Assembly (NCBI GenBank): GCA_026025795.1
Contig: JAPEUG010000018.1
Location: 1 to 64,000, forward strand
DNA length: 64,000 bases
Source of the DNA: Thelocarpon superellum
Lineage: Eukaryota
Direction of reading: 5' to 3'
Shown here in pieces: positions 12,170 through 24,940 of the stretch. Below the pieces are notes generated by a model, which saw only the letters and a program-made list of their open reading frames with translations, had not been told where the DNA came from and searched no databases. The translations under genes were made by a program, and so were the position numbers. Numbering within the stretch: position 1 is the stretch's first letter; every line of letters starts with the position of its first letter.

Positions 12170-15049
12170 ATGCCCGCCGAGGTGATCGATCGTCCGAATC
12201 CTCAGCCGCTTCCCTCCAGGATCCCGGACGAGGTCTTGGCGCTTTCGGTCAAGCTTGACAAGACCAAGCTCGACCATGAAACCAGTCAGAGCTTGGACGA
12301 GTTTCGTCGCGCGGCCAACTACATTGCTGCTGGTATGCTGATGTCCTCTGTACATGCCCGACGTCCATTGTAGCTTGCTCACTGGTCATGTCCTAGCTAT
12401 GATCTTCCTGCAAGACAACGTCTTACTCGAACGAGACTTGACCTTTGATGACATCAAGCCCCGATTGCTAGGTAAACCAGCCTCATCTTCTTGCTGTCAT
12501 GTGGTGAAGTGACGTTACTGATCTCTCCCTCAGGCCATTGGGGGACCTGCCCCGGTCTCACCCTGGTGTATTCCCACCTCAACCTGCTAGTAAGCAAACA
12601 TAATGTGGACATGCTCTTCGTCGTCGGGCCCGGTCATGGTGCGCCCGCCATCCTGGCCACGCTTTGGATCGAGGGATCCATGGAGAAATTCTATCCCCAA
12701 TACGCTCGCACCAAAGAGGGTCTTCATAACCTCATCACGGGCTTCAGTACGCCCAAGGGACTCCCGAGGTAAGTTTCCGAAAAGCCGCCGACGACCGAAT
12801 CTGACCTTGCACGTAGCCATATCAATTCGGAGACGCCCGGGTCGATCCACGAGGGCGGCGAACTAGGTTATGCGTTGTCTGTCGCCTTTGGTGCTGTCAT
12901 GGATCATCCCGATTTGGTCGTCGCATGCGTCGTTGGTGACGGCGAAGCCGAGAGCGGTCCTACAGCAACGTACGTCAGCTACCATGATCGGCTTTTTGCC
13001 GCGCTGACATGATGCAGGGCGTGGCATGCAGCCAAATACATCGACCCTGCCGAATCGGGAGCAGTGATTCCCATCGTCCACGTGAATGGCTTCAAAATCA
13101 GTGAGCGGACCATCTACGGATGCATGGATGACAAGGAGATGGTGGCACTGTTTACGGGCTACGGATACCAGTGTCGATTTGTCGAGGACCTTGAGAGCAT
13201 CGACGCGGATATGGGCGCGTCCATGGAGTGGGCGCTGCAGGAAATTCGGCATATCCAACACGCCGCTCGATCGGGAAAGCCCCTCTTGAAGCCCCGCTGG
13301 CCTGTCCTGATCCTGCGCACACCCAAGGTGCGATACATTCCCGTGCTTTCCGCGAGTCCGGTCTAATCTAGTCCCGGCACAGGGATGGAGTGGTCCCAAG
13401 AAGGTACATGGAGAGTTCGTCGAGGGCTCATTCCACTCGCACCAAGTGCCGCTTATGGCCGCCAAGTCGGACAAGGGAGAACTCAAGGATCTGCAGAGCT
13501 GGTTGATGTCGTACAAGCCGCGAGAGCTGTTCAAGAAAGATGGCACGGTCACGGAGCACATGTTACGGATTGTGCCCAGGGATGAGAAAAAGCTGGGCCA
13601 GCGCAAAGAGACATATGACTCGTACCAGACGCTCAAGGTTCCCGACTGGCGCAAATTTGGGGTCAAGCAAGGGACGCAAGCCAGCTGCATGAAGACGATT
13701 GGCGACCTCCTCGATCAGGTGCTGGTGGACAACCCTCACACCATGAGGATCTTCTCGCCCGATGAGCTGGTCAGCAACAAGCTCGACGCCGTCTTTGACC
13801 ACACCGGACGGAATTTCCAGTGGGATGAGTTCTCCAATGCTCGTGGCGGACGTGTGATCGAGATCCTCAGCGAGCACACGTGCCAGGGCTTCCTCCAGGG
13901 GTACACCTTGACCGGTCGGACCGGTCTGTTTCCGTCATACGAGAGTTTCTTGGGCATCGTCCACACTATGATGGTCCAGTACAGCAAATTCTGTAAAATG
14001 GTACGTACGACTGCTACTGGTGACGGTCGCTTTGGCCAACGCTGCTAGGGACGCGAAACCGGGTGGCGAAAAGATGTGCCCAGCGTCAACTATTTGGAGA
14101 CTAGCACCTGGACTCGACAAGGTTGGTGGTGCCCCTCGCGCAACGGAATCGGAGCCTCGGAGGATTTCGCTGACCACGTCTGCCAGAACATAATGGCTTC
14201 TCGCACCAGAACCCGTCGTTCATTGGTGCGGTGCTCAATCTAAAGCCAACGGCGGCGCGGGTCTACTTCCCGCCGGACGCGAACTGTTTCCTGTCAACCA
14301 TCGCTCACTGCTTGCGGTCGAAGAATTACGTCAACCTCATGGTTGGATCCAAACAACCCCAGCCGGTATTTCTGTCGGTGGATGACGCCGACGCCCACTG
14401 CAAGGCGGGTGGGTCGACATGGAAATTCGCCAGCACGGACGACGGTCTCGCTCCTGACGTGGTCCTGGTTGGGATTGGAGCCGAGTTGACGTTTGAGGTC
14501 GTTGCTGCGGCGTCGATGCTACGGAAACTCGCGCCGCACCTGCGGGTGCGCGTGGTCAATGTGACGGATCTGATGATCCTCGGTCTCGAAGGCACGCATC
14601 CACATTCGTTATCGCACGTGGACTTCGATGCCCTGTTCACGGCAGACAAGCCCATCCACTTCAACTATCACGGCTACGCCAACGAGCTCAAGGGGCTTCT
14701 CTTCGGCCGTCCCAGACTCGATCGGGTCAGCATCGAGAGCTACCGCGAGGAAGGCAGCACCACGACGCCCTTCGACATGATGCTGCGTAACTGTGTCAGT
14801 CGGTACCACGTGGCCGAAGCAGCAGTCAAAGGAGCTGCCGAAAGCAATGAGCAGGTTCGGTTGGATATGCACCTTTTGCTGAGCGGGATCCGCCATGAAG
14901 TGCAGAAGTGTCATGAGTCCATCATGGCCACCGGGAAAGGTCCGTATCGCCTCCCAGCTCCGTGAAATGACATCGTACGCTGAGGCTGACAACCTACGGT
15001 GCCGACACATATAGACGCTGAGGGCACCTACGACACCCCAGAATTCTAG
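12170..15049 (+). CDS. xfp: Xylulose-5-phosphate/fructose-6-phosphate phosphoketolase, 9 exons
   Basis: Motifs [40 protein letters not shown] (TPP binding), [48 protein letters not shown]. Introns 12333-12396, 12472-12533, 12769-12816, 12970-13017, 13328-13382, 14001-14048, 14122-14186, 14940-15014; ends [11 protein letters not shown]. Confidence 0.97.
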
Positions 15050-15234
15050 ACAGGTTGGCACGGCGTAATAAGATGCTGGCACTCGTGGCCCGCGGCGTCC
15101 GATGGCTATGGAACGAGTAATGGTAGCACAGAAGGAAACAGCTTTCATGGATTTCATTGTGGCATGCGTTACGCATGCGTCCTCGTAGAATGTGCCGGAA
15201 CGCCACCTCTGCATCCGGGTCTTCCTCCGGACCC

Positions 15235-16004
15235 TTACAGATACTTCTTTCCGGCCGCCGCAATCCTGGCTCGAAACACATTCGACGTGACTGGCATATT
15301 CGGATCATAAAACGGATTCATCGTCGTCTTGACCCAGATCTCGAAAACATCGCTGAAGAACTGCCGGATGGCCTCCTCCGTGGCGGGGCTGGTGGGGTTC
15401 GCTGCGATAGAGGTCGAACTCCGTGACGGCGGCGCGGCGGCGGCAGGCAAGGAGGATATGGAAGCGTTTGTCCCGCTGGCGCCGCTGCCGGACGGAGGAA
15501 GCGTGGAAGCAGAAGGCGAGGCGGTGCTGGCGAGCGGTGCGCTGGGCGCGTGTAGCAGCAGGAACTTGACATCTGAGTTGTAGGACCCGTCAGCACGCTG
15601 GACATTGGCGGCGACCGCTCGACCTGGACTGACTCCCCCCCGTCAAGAAGCACGAGATGTAGTTATTGTAGAACCGATCGACTACTTTCAGGTACCTAAT
15701 TTGCTCCACACGAGCACCACTTAGCTTCATCTTCATAGCGGAGGGGCTAAGATACGGAAGAGGGAAAGTACGCCCGGCATCGAGGTGATGGGTATCGTCG
15801 CAGAGCAAGACGGACTCACATTGCCCCCGCAGCCCACTGGATCTCTTCGACCATATCCAAGCTACTGTGAACGATGAACTGATTCATGTGGCGAGCCGCC
15901 TCCGGAAACCGCGCGATTCCGTCTCCGCCCTGCTTCGACGTGCCGAATTCATGCTCGAACAGCGGGTTGTCCTTGGTCCCGACGATGGCGAAATAGTATG
16001 ACAT
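15235..16004 (-). CDS. TRS20: TRAPP complex subunit Trs20 (sedlin family), 3 exons
   Basis: MSYYFAIVGTKDNPLFEHEF, NQFIVHSSLDMVEE, MYLKVVDRF, NVKFLLLH, FFSDVFEIWVKTTMNPFY...KKYL*. Introns 15696-15819 and 15573-15633. Confidence 0.95.
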
Positions 16005-16722
16005 CTCTCGCTCCTACCACATGAGACTGGACATGAGAGCGGCGAGGTGCTGGAAGTAAATGGTGATACTACTCTATTGTCGAAGGGAACCAGACAGGGT
16101 TGGCACCGCCGTGTCGCATATTGCTTCAATCTAGCGTGCGGTGATTGGTCAAGTGGAACGCCGACTTCATGTCCGAGTCAGATAACCCCGATGCTTCCAC
16201 CTGTAGGTCTTTTCGAAAATAAAGCGTCACATATGTATAGCGCACGCACGTATGATGTACCGTCAGTCCATCTTGTTGGCAGCTGGCTAGAATGCATTGA
16301 TTGCTATTGTGGTGACTGTTAAATCCTGGTCGGGTCCGCCTTTATTAAATAAATAACTCGATTTAAGTAACATTTCCCGTTCCCATGTCCTGCTACTACC
16401 TATTAGAGATGTCATCTCCCAACCATAGGGAGAATATTAGCTGTGCTTCATATAAAGACGGATTTTTCATTGAGCCATCTAATAGCCTTCACTTCATAGA
16501 CTACGTACATGGCGAAGGTGACCTTTTCCACGACAAAATAAACGCGAGCGAGCGGGTTCCTGTTCGCGATGCTTTCGCCTCATCATCCCGCTACTAGAAT
16601 GACGTGACAAGGCATACTGAGATCACGTGCACCTCTCGGCTGAGGCCATCTCGAGTTTGTCGCCCACGCATGTACACTCCGGCACAAGCACCATCGCGCG
16701 GATCCCCAGATCTCAGCGCAGC

Positions 16723-17187
16723 ATGTTTGGCGCTTTTCGCCCAACGCAGGCGCTCAGCGGCGGATTACTCTGGTAGGTGAACTTGGAGCGCTTCCGCGTC
16801 CTGGCACTACCACGCTGACAGCCATCGTTTCCAGGAAAATTCCATGGCGTCTGTCGCGCCCACAGAAAGCACGCGTGCGAAAGCGATTACGAGCCGTCGA
16901 TAATGTGGTGGCGACGATCGATCAGGCTCTGGCGAAGCAGGGATTGAGTACCAAGGCGGTGGAGCGATGGAAGGCCGAGATGCCGACAGAGCCGGAGATG
17001 CTACCGAAGGACAAGTACACCATCTTCGACCGCAAGGCCAAGGGCTATCGCAAGGGCATTCACAGTACGTTGCGCTCATTCTGTTGGCTTGAGTATCAGT
17101 GTGCGCGATGGATTCTGACTCGGTGGCGTCATAGAACTACCCAAATGGACGAGAGTGTCGCAGAGGCTAAATCCTCCCGGATACTGA
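16723..17187 (+). CDS. MRPL31: Mitochondrial large-subunit ribosomal protein L31 (mL60), 3 exons
   Basis: Spliced product [42 protein letters not shown]...[39 protein letters not shown]; two GT-AG introns. Confidence 0.93.
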
Positions 17188-18337
17188 ATGAGAAAACCCA
17201 GCTTGGGTCCCGGAACAGCATGATTGGGAACAAGGAGTCATCATAGGGCTTGTGGCATCGACCTATGGGGTTCGACAGCAATGGGGCATGTGGGCTGGCG
17301 AGGCACAGATGTCATGGGAGAGCCGATGCGGCTGGCCTTGAAGCCTTCTCCTTGTGCATAGCAAGTAGATTGAGTGGGTCTGGACCAGGCTTGAGCACAA
17401 CGCACAGACAAGCGTCTTCCAAGACGATCCCCGCATCGATCATCCAGGTTCAAGGTGCATCGCATTGCAGAACTACGAAGGAACATCGTGCTCCGTGACT
17501 CACACGGTAGGGCGGATGGTCTGGACGCCCAACGCAATTGGCTGGAGAAGATGGGGAAGGGAGCGGGCGGGGGGTTATCACGTTGAGCTTGCTCGTGGAG
17601 AACAGGATGAGACGTGGCCAAAGGGCAGATGCACGTGGCATATCCTGGGAGCGATCATGCCGGTCAAGTTGAGAGGTGCGGCAAAAGAACGGCAGTGAAA
17701 GCTCCGTCATCGACTCGTCCCCGGGTCAGGTCAGGCACAGGTCCACCGGCGGCGCCGTTCCGTCCCCTCGACCGTGTTCAGCTGAGGTGTCGTCAGCAGC
17801 AGGCTGGGACTTGTCGTGACAGGAGCATGGCACGATCAGATGAATGCTTGGTCCCGAGGAGAAGACTGGGCTCGGAGACCGCGGTGGCTAATGCCGACGC
17901 GTTGCGAGGCAGTGACTACATCGAATCAGGAGCAGCGGTTAGCTCAGCCACGATCGGGGGCTTGAGGCGAGCCGAGCAACTGCCACGGGCGCCACGAGGC
18001 CGGGCCCATGTCTCGTCTAATTCGGGCCAAGGGTCAGGCAGCAGCCATGGGGGATCGCCCCAGTTGGCTGACGGGCGATAGGGCCCACCTAGTAGTGCGT
18101 ACGATCGCGGGAAAGTGGAGGTGCTCCGTCCGCTTAGGCGTCACCCGGGGCATCACACGGCCAAGTCATGGCCGGCAATACGAAGAACGAGCGACGTTCG
18201 TAGTTAGGCATCTATCTCAGCACCGGTATAACATGATCGTCGCAGCCCCATGCCCCGGCCCAGCACACGCATCATCAGACCTACTACCATCCTCACCGTG
18301 ACAGCCCGTAGGGTCGCCTCGTCGCCCCGGCCACACC

Positions 18338-21300
18338 ATGGAGGCCTTTCCCAGTCCGGGCCGGCAGCACCCGCTGCAGCGGCGACTGACAAAGATGTAT
18401 TCCGAGACCAAGCGATCATACGACACCGTCACCGAGCCCCCCAAGGTCGAGATCACGCCGGAGATGTCGTCGTTGCACCGCAAGCTACGCATCCAAAAGG
18501 ACCGCTTGATCACATGGGGGCTCGAGTGGAGCGATACAACTGCCGCCCAGCCCGGCGACATCGACGAGTCGCTCGAACGTGAAGGCTTCGCCTCCGTCGT
18601 CAGCAACGTCATGTCCTCCATCAAAGAGATCCTCGAGGAAGCCGAGAGGATGCGCTTCTCCGATCGTCCCACCGCGGCCGAGCCCGACAGCTACGGCGTC
18701 GGCGCCAAGTATGGCAAGACCCCGCCCAAAGAGCGCTGGTCCGCCGCCGATAAGCCCCGATTTCAAGAGCTGCTGCATGATCTCACCACCTCCATTGATA
18801 CCCTCTTCAACCTCTCCAAATCCCGCCGGCGCACCACCCACAGCCCCAATCCCAAGCGCTCGCCCGCCCCCGCCACGCCCGCCCCTTCAGCTGCGGGGAG
18901 CGGGAAGGGGCCGGCCGCGGCCGCGGTCTCGGCCTCACCACCTCTCCCGCGCGGTGGACTGGCTGGCCGCATCGACGTCTCCTCGCTGATCCTCCCCGAG
19001 GAGGCCGGCCGCGATACCCTGCCGCCCTACGAGACCATCGCCACACCGTCCAACTCGCGATCCATGGGCTACATCCGACGACCCCAGCCCGTGGCGCAGC
19101 CGTGGCAGAAGGATGGTCCGAGCGTGGCCACGGTGCCCGTCTTGATCGAGTACGCGCCTTTCGATCCCGTGTACGCCAGCACCGGCATCTCGCCTTCGAC
19201 CGCGCGCCTCGAGAATCTCGCCGAGGCCTTGCAGGACTCGGACGAATCGCCCATGTTACCTGGCACCCGCGTCCTCCATCTGATCGGCTACTTCGAGTGC
19301 CCCAAGCAGCCGCGCTTTGGCCTCGTCTACGAGCTCCCCGAGGCCGTCTTCAGCGGCCCGTCGGATCCCGAGAAGCCATTGGCGAGCATGGCCCCGTTCA
19401 CCCTGCTGTCGCTGCTGCAGGCCAATCCACCCGGGCAGAACGCGTCGGTGCCCAATCTCGAAGATCGGCTCCGGCTCGCCTTCAGCCTGGCCACGACCTT
19501 CCTCCACCTCCACACCAAGGACGTGACGCACCGCGACGTCACCAGCAACAACATCGTCTTCTTCCGCACGCCCCTCACCACGCGCTCGTCGTCCGGGCAA
19601 GATTTTGGCTGCGATCTCCGGAGTCCGTACCTGACCTCCTTCGATCTCTTCTCCGACTGTGACCTCGAGGAGCGGCCGGAGCAGCGCACGGCGCACATCT
19701 ATCGGCACCCGCGCGACCTGCGCACCAACCAGGCCACGCCGCAGCACGACTACAGCCTGGCCTTTGACATCTATGGTCTCGGCATGATCCTGCTCGAGAT
19801 TGGCCTCTGGATGCCTCTCAACAGTTTCTGGAAGCGCAGCTACAACATCGCCACCTTCCAGAATCGGATCGAGAAGATCTACGTCAAGAAGCTGGGCCAA
19901 AAATGCGGCGGCTCCTACATGCGCGCGGTCGAGAGCTGCTTGTCCGCCCCCGCCCGCGAGATGGCCCTCGCCGGCACGGGGCAGAAGGCCAACACCCAGT
20001 GGCACTTCTTTTGTACCGTCATCAAACCGCTCGAACGCTGTTGCGCCATCGACGACGCAGCCTCGGTGCCCTTTTCCGATTCGCTCGCCATCCCGACCCT
20101 GTCGACGTCAAGTTCGGTTGGGGAGGAGTCGATGCTGAAGTCCACCCTAGGGTCGCAGTCGCAGCCGGACGCCCCGCTGCCCGAGCCCATGGCCGTCGAG
20201 GGCGCGGATCAATCAGCGGCGACCCCGAATGTGGCCCCGGCCCCCGCCAGCGCGAGACTCAAGGTACATCCGGTGCAGGTGGATCGGGTGCAGCTGAACG
20301 AATGGCACAAGCACCTCCTGCCGCGACTGGAACGACTGCTGGAGAAGGTCCTGCACGGACCGACGGAAACCTTCACCATCGATCTCATTGGCATTGGCGA
20401 TACGGCGCAGACGGCGCGGCCCACGATCCTCATCACCTGCTCGAGCGTGGGCAAGGTGAAGGGGATCCTGAAGCGCCATTTCGCGTACGATCAGGCCGTC
20501 TTCGACCTCCGCGTGCGCAAGGGCAAGCTGCGACGCTCCCACGCCGGCAAATCCCGAGCCCGACAGGACGGCGCGGCCCCGCGATCTGCCATGCATTCGG
20601 GGGACGAGGACGACCCGGAGGTGATGAATCCATTTCATCAAGAGCGGCCCCTCTGCGGCGCGTCGATCGGGGCTTTCAAGGAGACCACGGAGCGGCACCA
20701 CGCGGCCGTGTCCTATGGCGGCGTGGTGTTGGTCGACGACGAACCGTACGGCATGACCGTGCACCACTTGCTCGACGATCCCAGCTCGGACGAGGACGAG
20801 GAGTCGGATGACGAGGTCAGCCCCGCGCGATCGAGTGGAATCCTCTCCTCCAATCGTCGCCGCCCGCCCCGATGGGCTCCTCCTCCGCCGCCGCCGGCTC
20901 CGACGCCTCCGGGTGCCTTCGAGGGCACCTACCTGTCGGACGTGTCCGACGAAGACACGGAGGATGAAGGTGACGCGAACGCCGAGCGGCAGCTCGTCTG
21001 GTCAGCGCTACATGCGTCCCCGCGCGATGCCGAGGATGAATATCGGCCGATAGAGACCGGCGACGCAGCCGGCATCCAAGTCGGGCAACAAACGGATTAC
21101 ATCATCACACAGCCGGCGCTCGACGATGTCGAGCAGGACTTCTTCCCCAACGAAGAAGACAAGAACGAGGAGCATCTGGAGTCGCATGGCTTCGGTACGA
21201 TCTACGCGTCATCGGGCATCCGACGCCTGGTGCAGGGTAACGAGAAGCATGAGATCGATTGGGCGCTGGTCAAGATCAAGCCCGACCGGCTGCAGCCGTT

Positions 21301-22049
21301 CAACGTGGTCCAAGGCGGTCGACGCTATTGCCATGATCCGGACGTGGCGCGCCGGCCGGCGCTGATCAGTCCGATCCCCCGTCATCCAAATCACGGGGAG
21401 GAGGATGACCTATACCCCCGTCGGGTGGCGTCTCTGGACGAACTGCCGAACCTCGCGGTGCACTGCCTGGGTCGCACCAGCGGCCTCCAAGGCGGCATCA
21501 TCTCGCCGGCCATGAGCTCGGTGCGGGTGGCGGGCCGAGCGACGACATCACGCAGCTGGCATGTCTTTGGCAAACTTGGAGGTGAGCCGCTCTCCCCCAG
21601 CGCCCTGGGTCGCGCACATGGCTGACCTGATGCATCTAGTGCCGGGCGATTCGGGCGCGTGGATCATCGACAACCAGCAGGGACGCGTGTGTGGCCATGT
21701 CCTGGCCTGGTGCTCACGTAACAAGTGGGCATACATCTGCCCGATGCAGATCTTGCTAGAAGACATGGAACGGACCTTGCCCGCGCGGCGCGTGACGCTG
21801 CCGGGCGGAGAGGCGCACGCGCTCTCCGCGCTGCCGTCGCGCAGCAGCGCACGGCGAAGCGACGTGGCGATGGCAGGGCTCGCGGACATCAATCAACTGC
21901 GTCTCGCGTCGCCCAGCCCCGAGACAGCGGAACGGTCGAGCAGCGCCGCGGAGACCCCCTTCCTCCGAAAAGACGATCCCGGTGTGGGCGGTTCTCGACA
22001 AGTGGCCCGGGAGGGACGGCATGTCAGCACCCAGACGGCCAAAGGCTGA
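18338..22049 (+). CDS. HeLo (HET-s/LopB-type) domain + kinase-like domain + trypsin-like serine protease fusion, ~1217 aa, 2 exons
   Basis: HeLo-type LHRKLRIQKDRLITWG...RWSAADKPRFQELLHDLTTSIDTLFNL; kinase-like THRDVTSNNIVFF, IYRHP, FDIYGLGMILLEIGLW; protease MTVHH, EIDWALV, GRTSG, GDSGAW. Intron 21582-21639 (GTGAGC...GCTGAC...TAG); exons 3244+410 nt = 1218 codons including stop. Confidence 0.85.
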
Positions 22050-23024
22050 GCGTTTGCATTAGTGGGAGTGGGGGAGCATCTTCGCGCCGTCGCGTTTGAT
22101 TGGAGATACCCCGGGAGCAAAGACACGGAAGGGGAATGGCAATAAGGAATTGCATGGCCTGGATGGCCCGAGGAGCGCCGATGCTGGCATTTGGGACTCG
22201 GCGCTGAGACCAGCTTGCATTGGATTTGCATATAAGATACTAGATTCTAATCGGCGCCTCTGTAATGCCTGGTCCGTCACGTCCTTCGCAGAAGAGTGAT
22301 TCACATCGCCTCGTCACGTACGAGTATGTTAACGTCCCCGTAGAGGTTCATGAGTGTAGGTCATCGCCAGTACGAGTCGGCTGACGTAAGCGTACGTACC
22401 GACTGCGTGACCTGGCAACGGCACGCCGATAGCGTGACGCATGTTGGTTGGGCCGAGTGGACGAGGAAAACCAAAACAAGATGGCCCCTGTCCGTGCCCC
22501 CCGCCCAAGCCCATGGGCGCTGGCAGACGCAGCACAGGCAGTAAACTACCGAAAGTAAACGGCGGGCTGATTCATTCATGCCTATTCCACCAACCAGCCA
22601 ACGCCCTCCGCCCGACCGTGTCCCACGACGCAGCCACGAGAACCGACGACGCCGACGACGCCGACGACACCGAACACCTGCACGACCCTGACGCCCATTA
22701 CCACCGCAGTCCAACCGACGGCGCCGCCGGCCCGGAAGCAGGACCCACGACCCTGACGACCCGGCCGCCTAGCAGCATCGCGACGAAACCGGGCCCCCGA
22801 CCCCCCAACGACACGTGCAGCCGTTTGAAATGGACGATCTCGCCAACGATCCTTCGCCGTCAGTATAGCATCGCCCCAAGAAGTTCGGCGACGACCAGCA
22901 CGCCACGTGCATCGCGGACATTCCCGCATCGCCGGCCCTGGACACAAGTCCCAGAGATTGAGACGATACCTCCGCCACCATCCGTACGCGGGGACACTGC
23001 GCCTGACGCCGGAGGGGGCGAACC

Positions 23025-24940
23025 ATGCCCTCCGCCGACGAGCCCCCGAGCTCGCCCGCCAGCGTGCCGGCGTTCACCTCGCTGGAAGAGTCGCTCACGT
23101 ATTACAAGTCGCAATACGAACAGCTCGAGGCCGAGCTGGCTGATTTTCAGGCCTCCAGTCAAGAGCTGGAGGCGGAGTTGGAGCGAGATGTCGAGGCATC
23201 GGAGAAGCGGGAGCGCCTTTTGAAGGAGAAGGTCGAGGGGCTGGGTTATGAGGTTGACGAGTGGAAGGTCAGCTTCCGGACGGATGCACATCCTTCCCGC
23301 CAAGCTGCCGTGCTGACCAGCGTGCTCCGCAGGCCAAGTATAAGCAGTCCAAATCGGAGGCGAATACGTCGCAGAACACCCTCCAGAAAGAGATCACCAC
23401 ACTGCGGGACGCCAACCGGACGATGCAGCTCAAGCTGCGCGACATCGAGGTGGCCAACGACGACTTTGAACGACAAGCACGAAACACGACGTCCTCCCTC
23501 GAGGACCTGGAATCGAAATACAATGTCGCGATCGAGCGCGCCGTCATGTTGGAGGCGGAGATTCAGGTGGGCGAGCAGGAGCGCGAGAGCCTCCGCATCG
23601 AGACCCAACGGCTGCGTGACGAGTTGGGAGACTTGAAGATCGAGGCGGAGATAACGCAGGGCAAATTGCGGCATCTCGAAGGCGCGGCCCAGCAAGAACA
23701 CCAGCACAAGCCCTCGCCGCTGACGGAGATACGTAACCCGCCGCACTCGCCTACGTCCGACCGATCCCTCTTGACCACGGGCTCCTCGCCCACCATGTCC
23801 ACGCCGCCGCGGCCCAAATCGGCCTCGACCTCAACATCGGAAGCGCCGACACCGCCATCACCGCCGACGTCGGAAGCGTCGGCCAAGGCAGCGGCCTCTA
23901 CCGCCAACCCTCCTCCCCCGGCAAGTCCGGCAGAGGTCGACAACACCACGCCACGTCCGTCGCAGTTCCAGCCACGACTTCCCCGTCACTCTCGTGGGCC
24001 ATCTATCCCCGTCAGCAGTGGCCGCGGCACCCCCTCGATCGCGCCCCGCAGCGCCACCGGTCGGGGTCAGGTGCGGGGCACCGCGGGCATGCCGTCCTCG
24101 GGCTCCTTGCGCCAGATCCGCGGCCTGATCGGACAGATGCAGAAGCTCGAGCAACGCGTCCACTCGGCCCGGTCCAAACTTCCCGCACCCGTCTGCACGC
24201 CGCCGCACGCCTCGCCCCGCAACGGCTCGGCCGCCGGACACCATCCTATCATCCCCTCGTCCGTAACGATGCGGAGCCCGAAGAAGCGCACCGGCGGCAG
24301 CAATATCAGCGCCATGTCTTCCGTCCACGACGGCGACGGGACCCCGACCGCCTCGGCCGCCTCGCGCCGCGTGAGCCGGCTGTCATATTGCGGCGGCCCC
24401 GCGGCGACGACAACGACGACGAACAACACGACGACCGAGCCTGGCGGGAGTCGACCAAGCAGCCGCGCGAGCATCTCCAGCCGCACCTCCATCAATCCCC
24501 ACGGGGGCTATCCCCGGCCGGGTAGTCGGGCCAGTCTGTCGGGCGCGCGCACCCCGCTGGGACATTTCGCCTCTAATGGGCCGGCGCTCGAGGGCCGGCG
24601 GCCACGCTCGTCGGTCAGTGGCAGCTACGCGGCAATGCATGGCCATGGACACGCAGCCAGCGTCGACGGCGTCGAGGAGCGTGACGAACGATTCTCCACC
24701 CCAACGCCGCGACGCAGTCTGATCGGAAAGGCCGATCTCGCGGGAGAGTCGGGCATCCCCACCCCATCGGGCATCCCGCGGCGCCAGAGTGGCGGGGGCG
24801 CCGCCTTCAAGCCCTTTGGCGGCCCCATGACGCCGGGCGTGCGACGGCCAAGCTCCAGCATGCAATTGCGCGACGTTGACGAGGACATGGCGCCGCCGGA
24901 GCGGAGGAAGAAGCTGAGCGGCGTCGGAGAGACCTACTAA
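23025..24940 (+). CDS. nudE: Nuclear distribution protein NudE (dynein/LIS1 regulator), 2 exons
   Basis: Coiled coil YYKSQYEQLEAELADFQASSQELEAELE...LRDIEVANDDFERQAR...LRIETQRLRDEL; SLRQIRGLIGQMQKLEQRVHSARSKLP; ends GETY*. Intron 23268-23332. Confidence 0.95.

Noticed and set aside
16330..16520. AT-rich patch between TRS20 and MRPL31 (RIP relic or ncRNA?)
   Set aside because: No terminal repeats, coding remnant or recognisable RNA motif; consistent with an ordinary bidirectional promoter.
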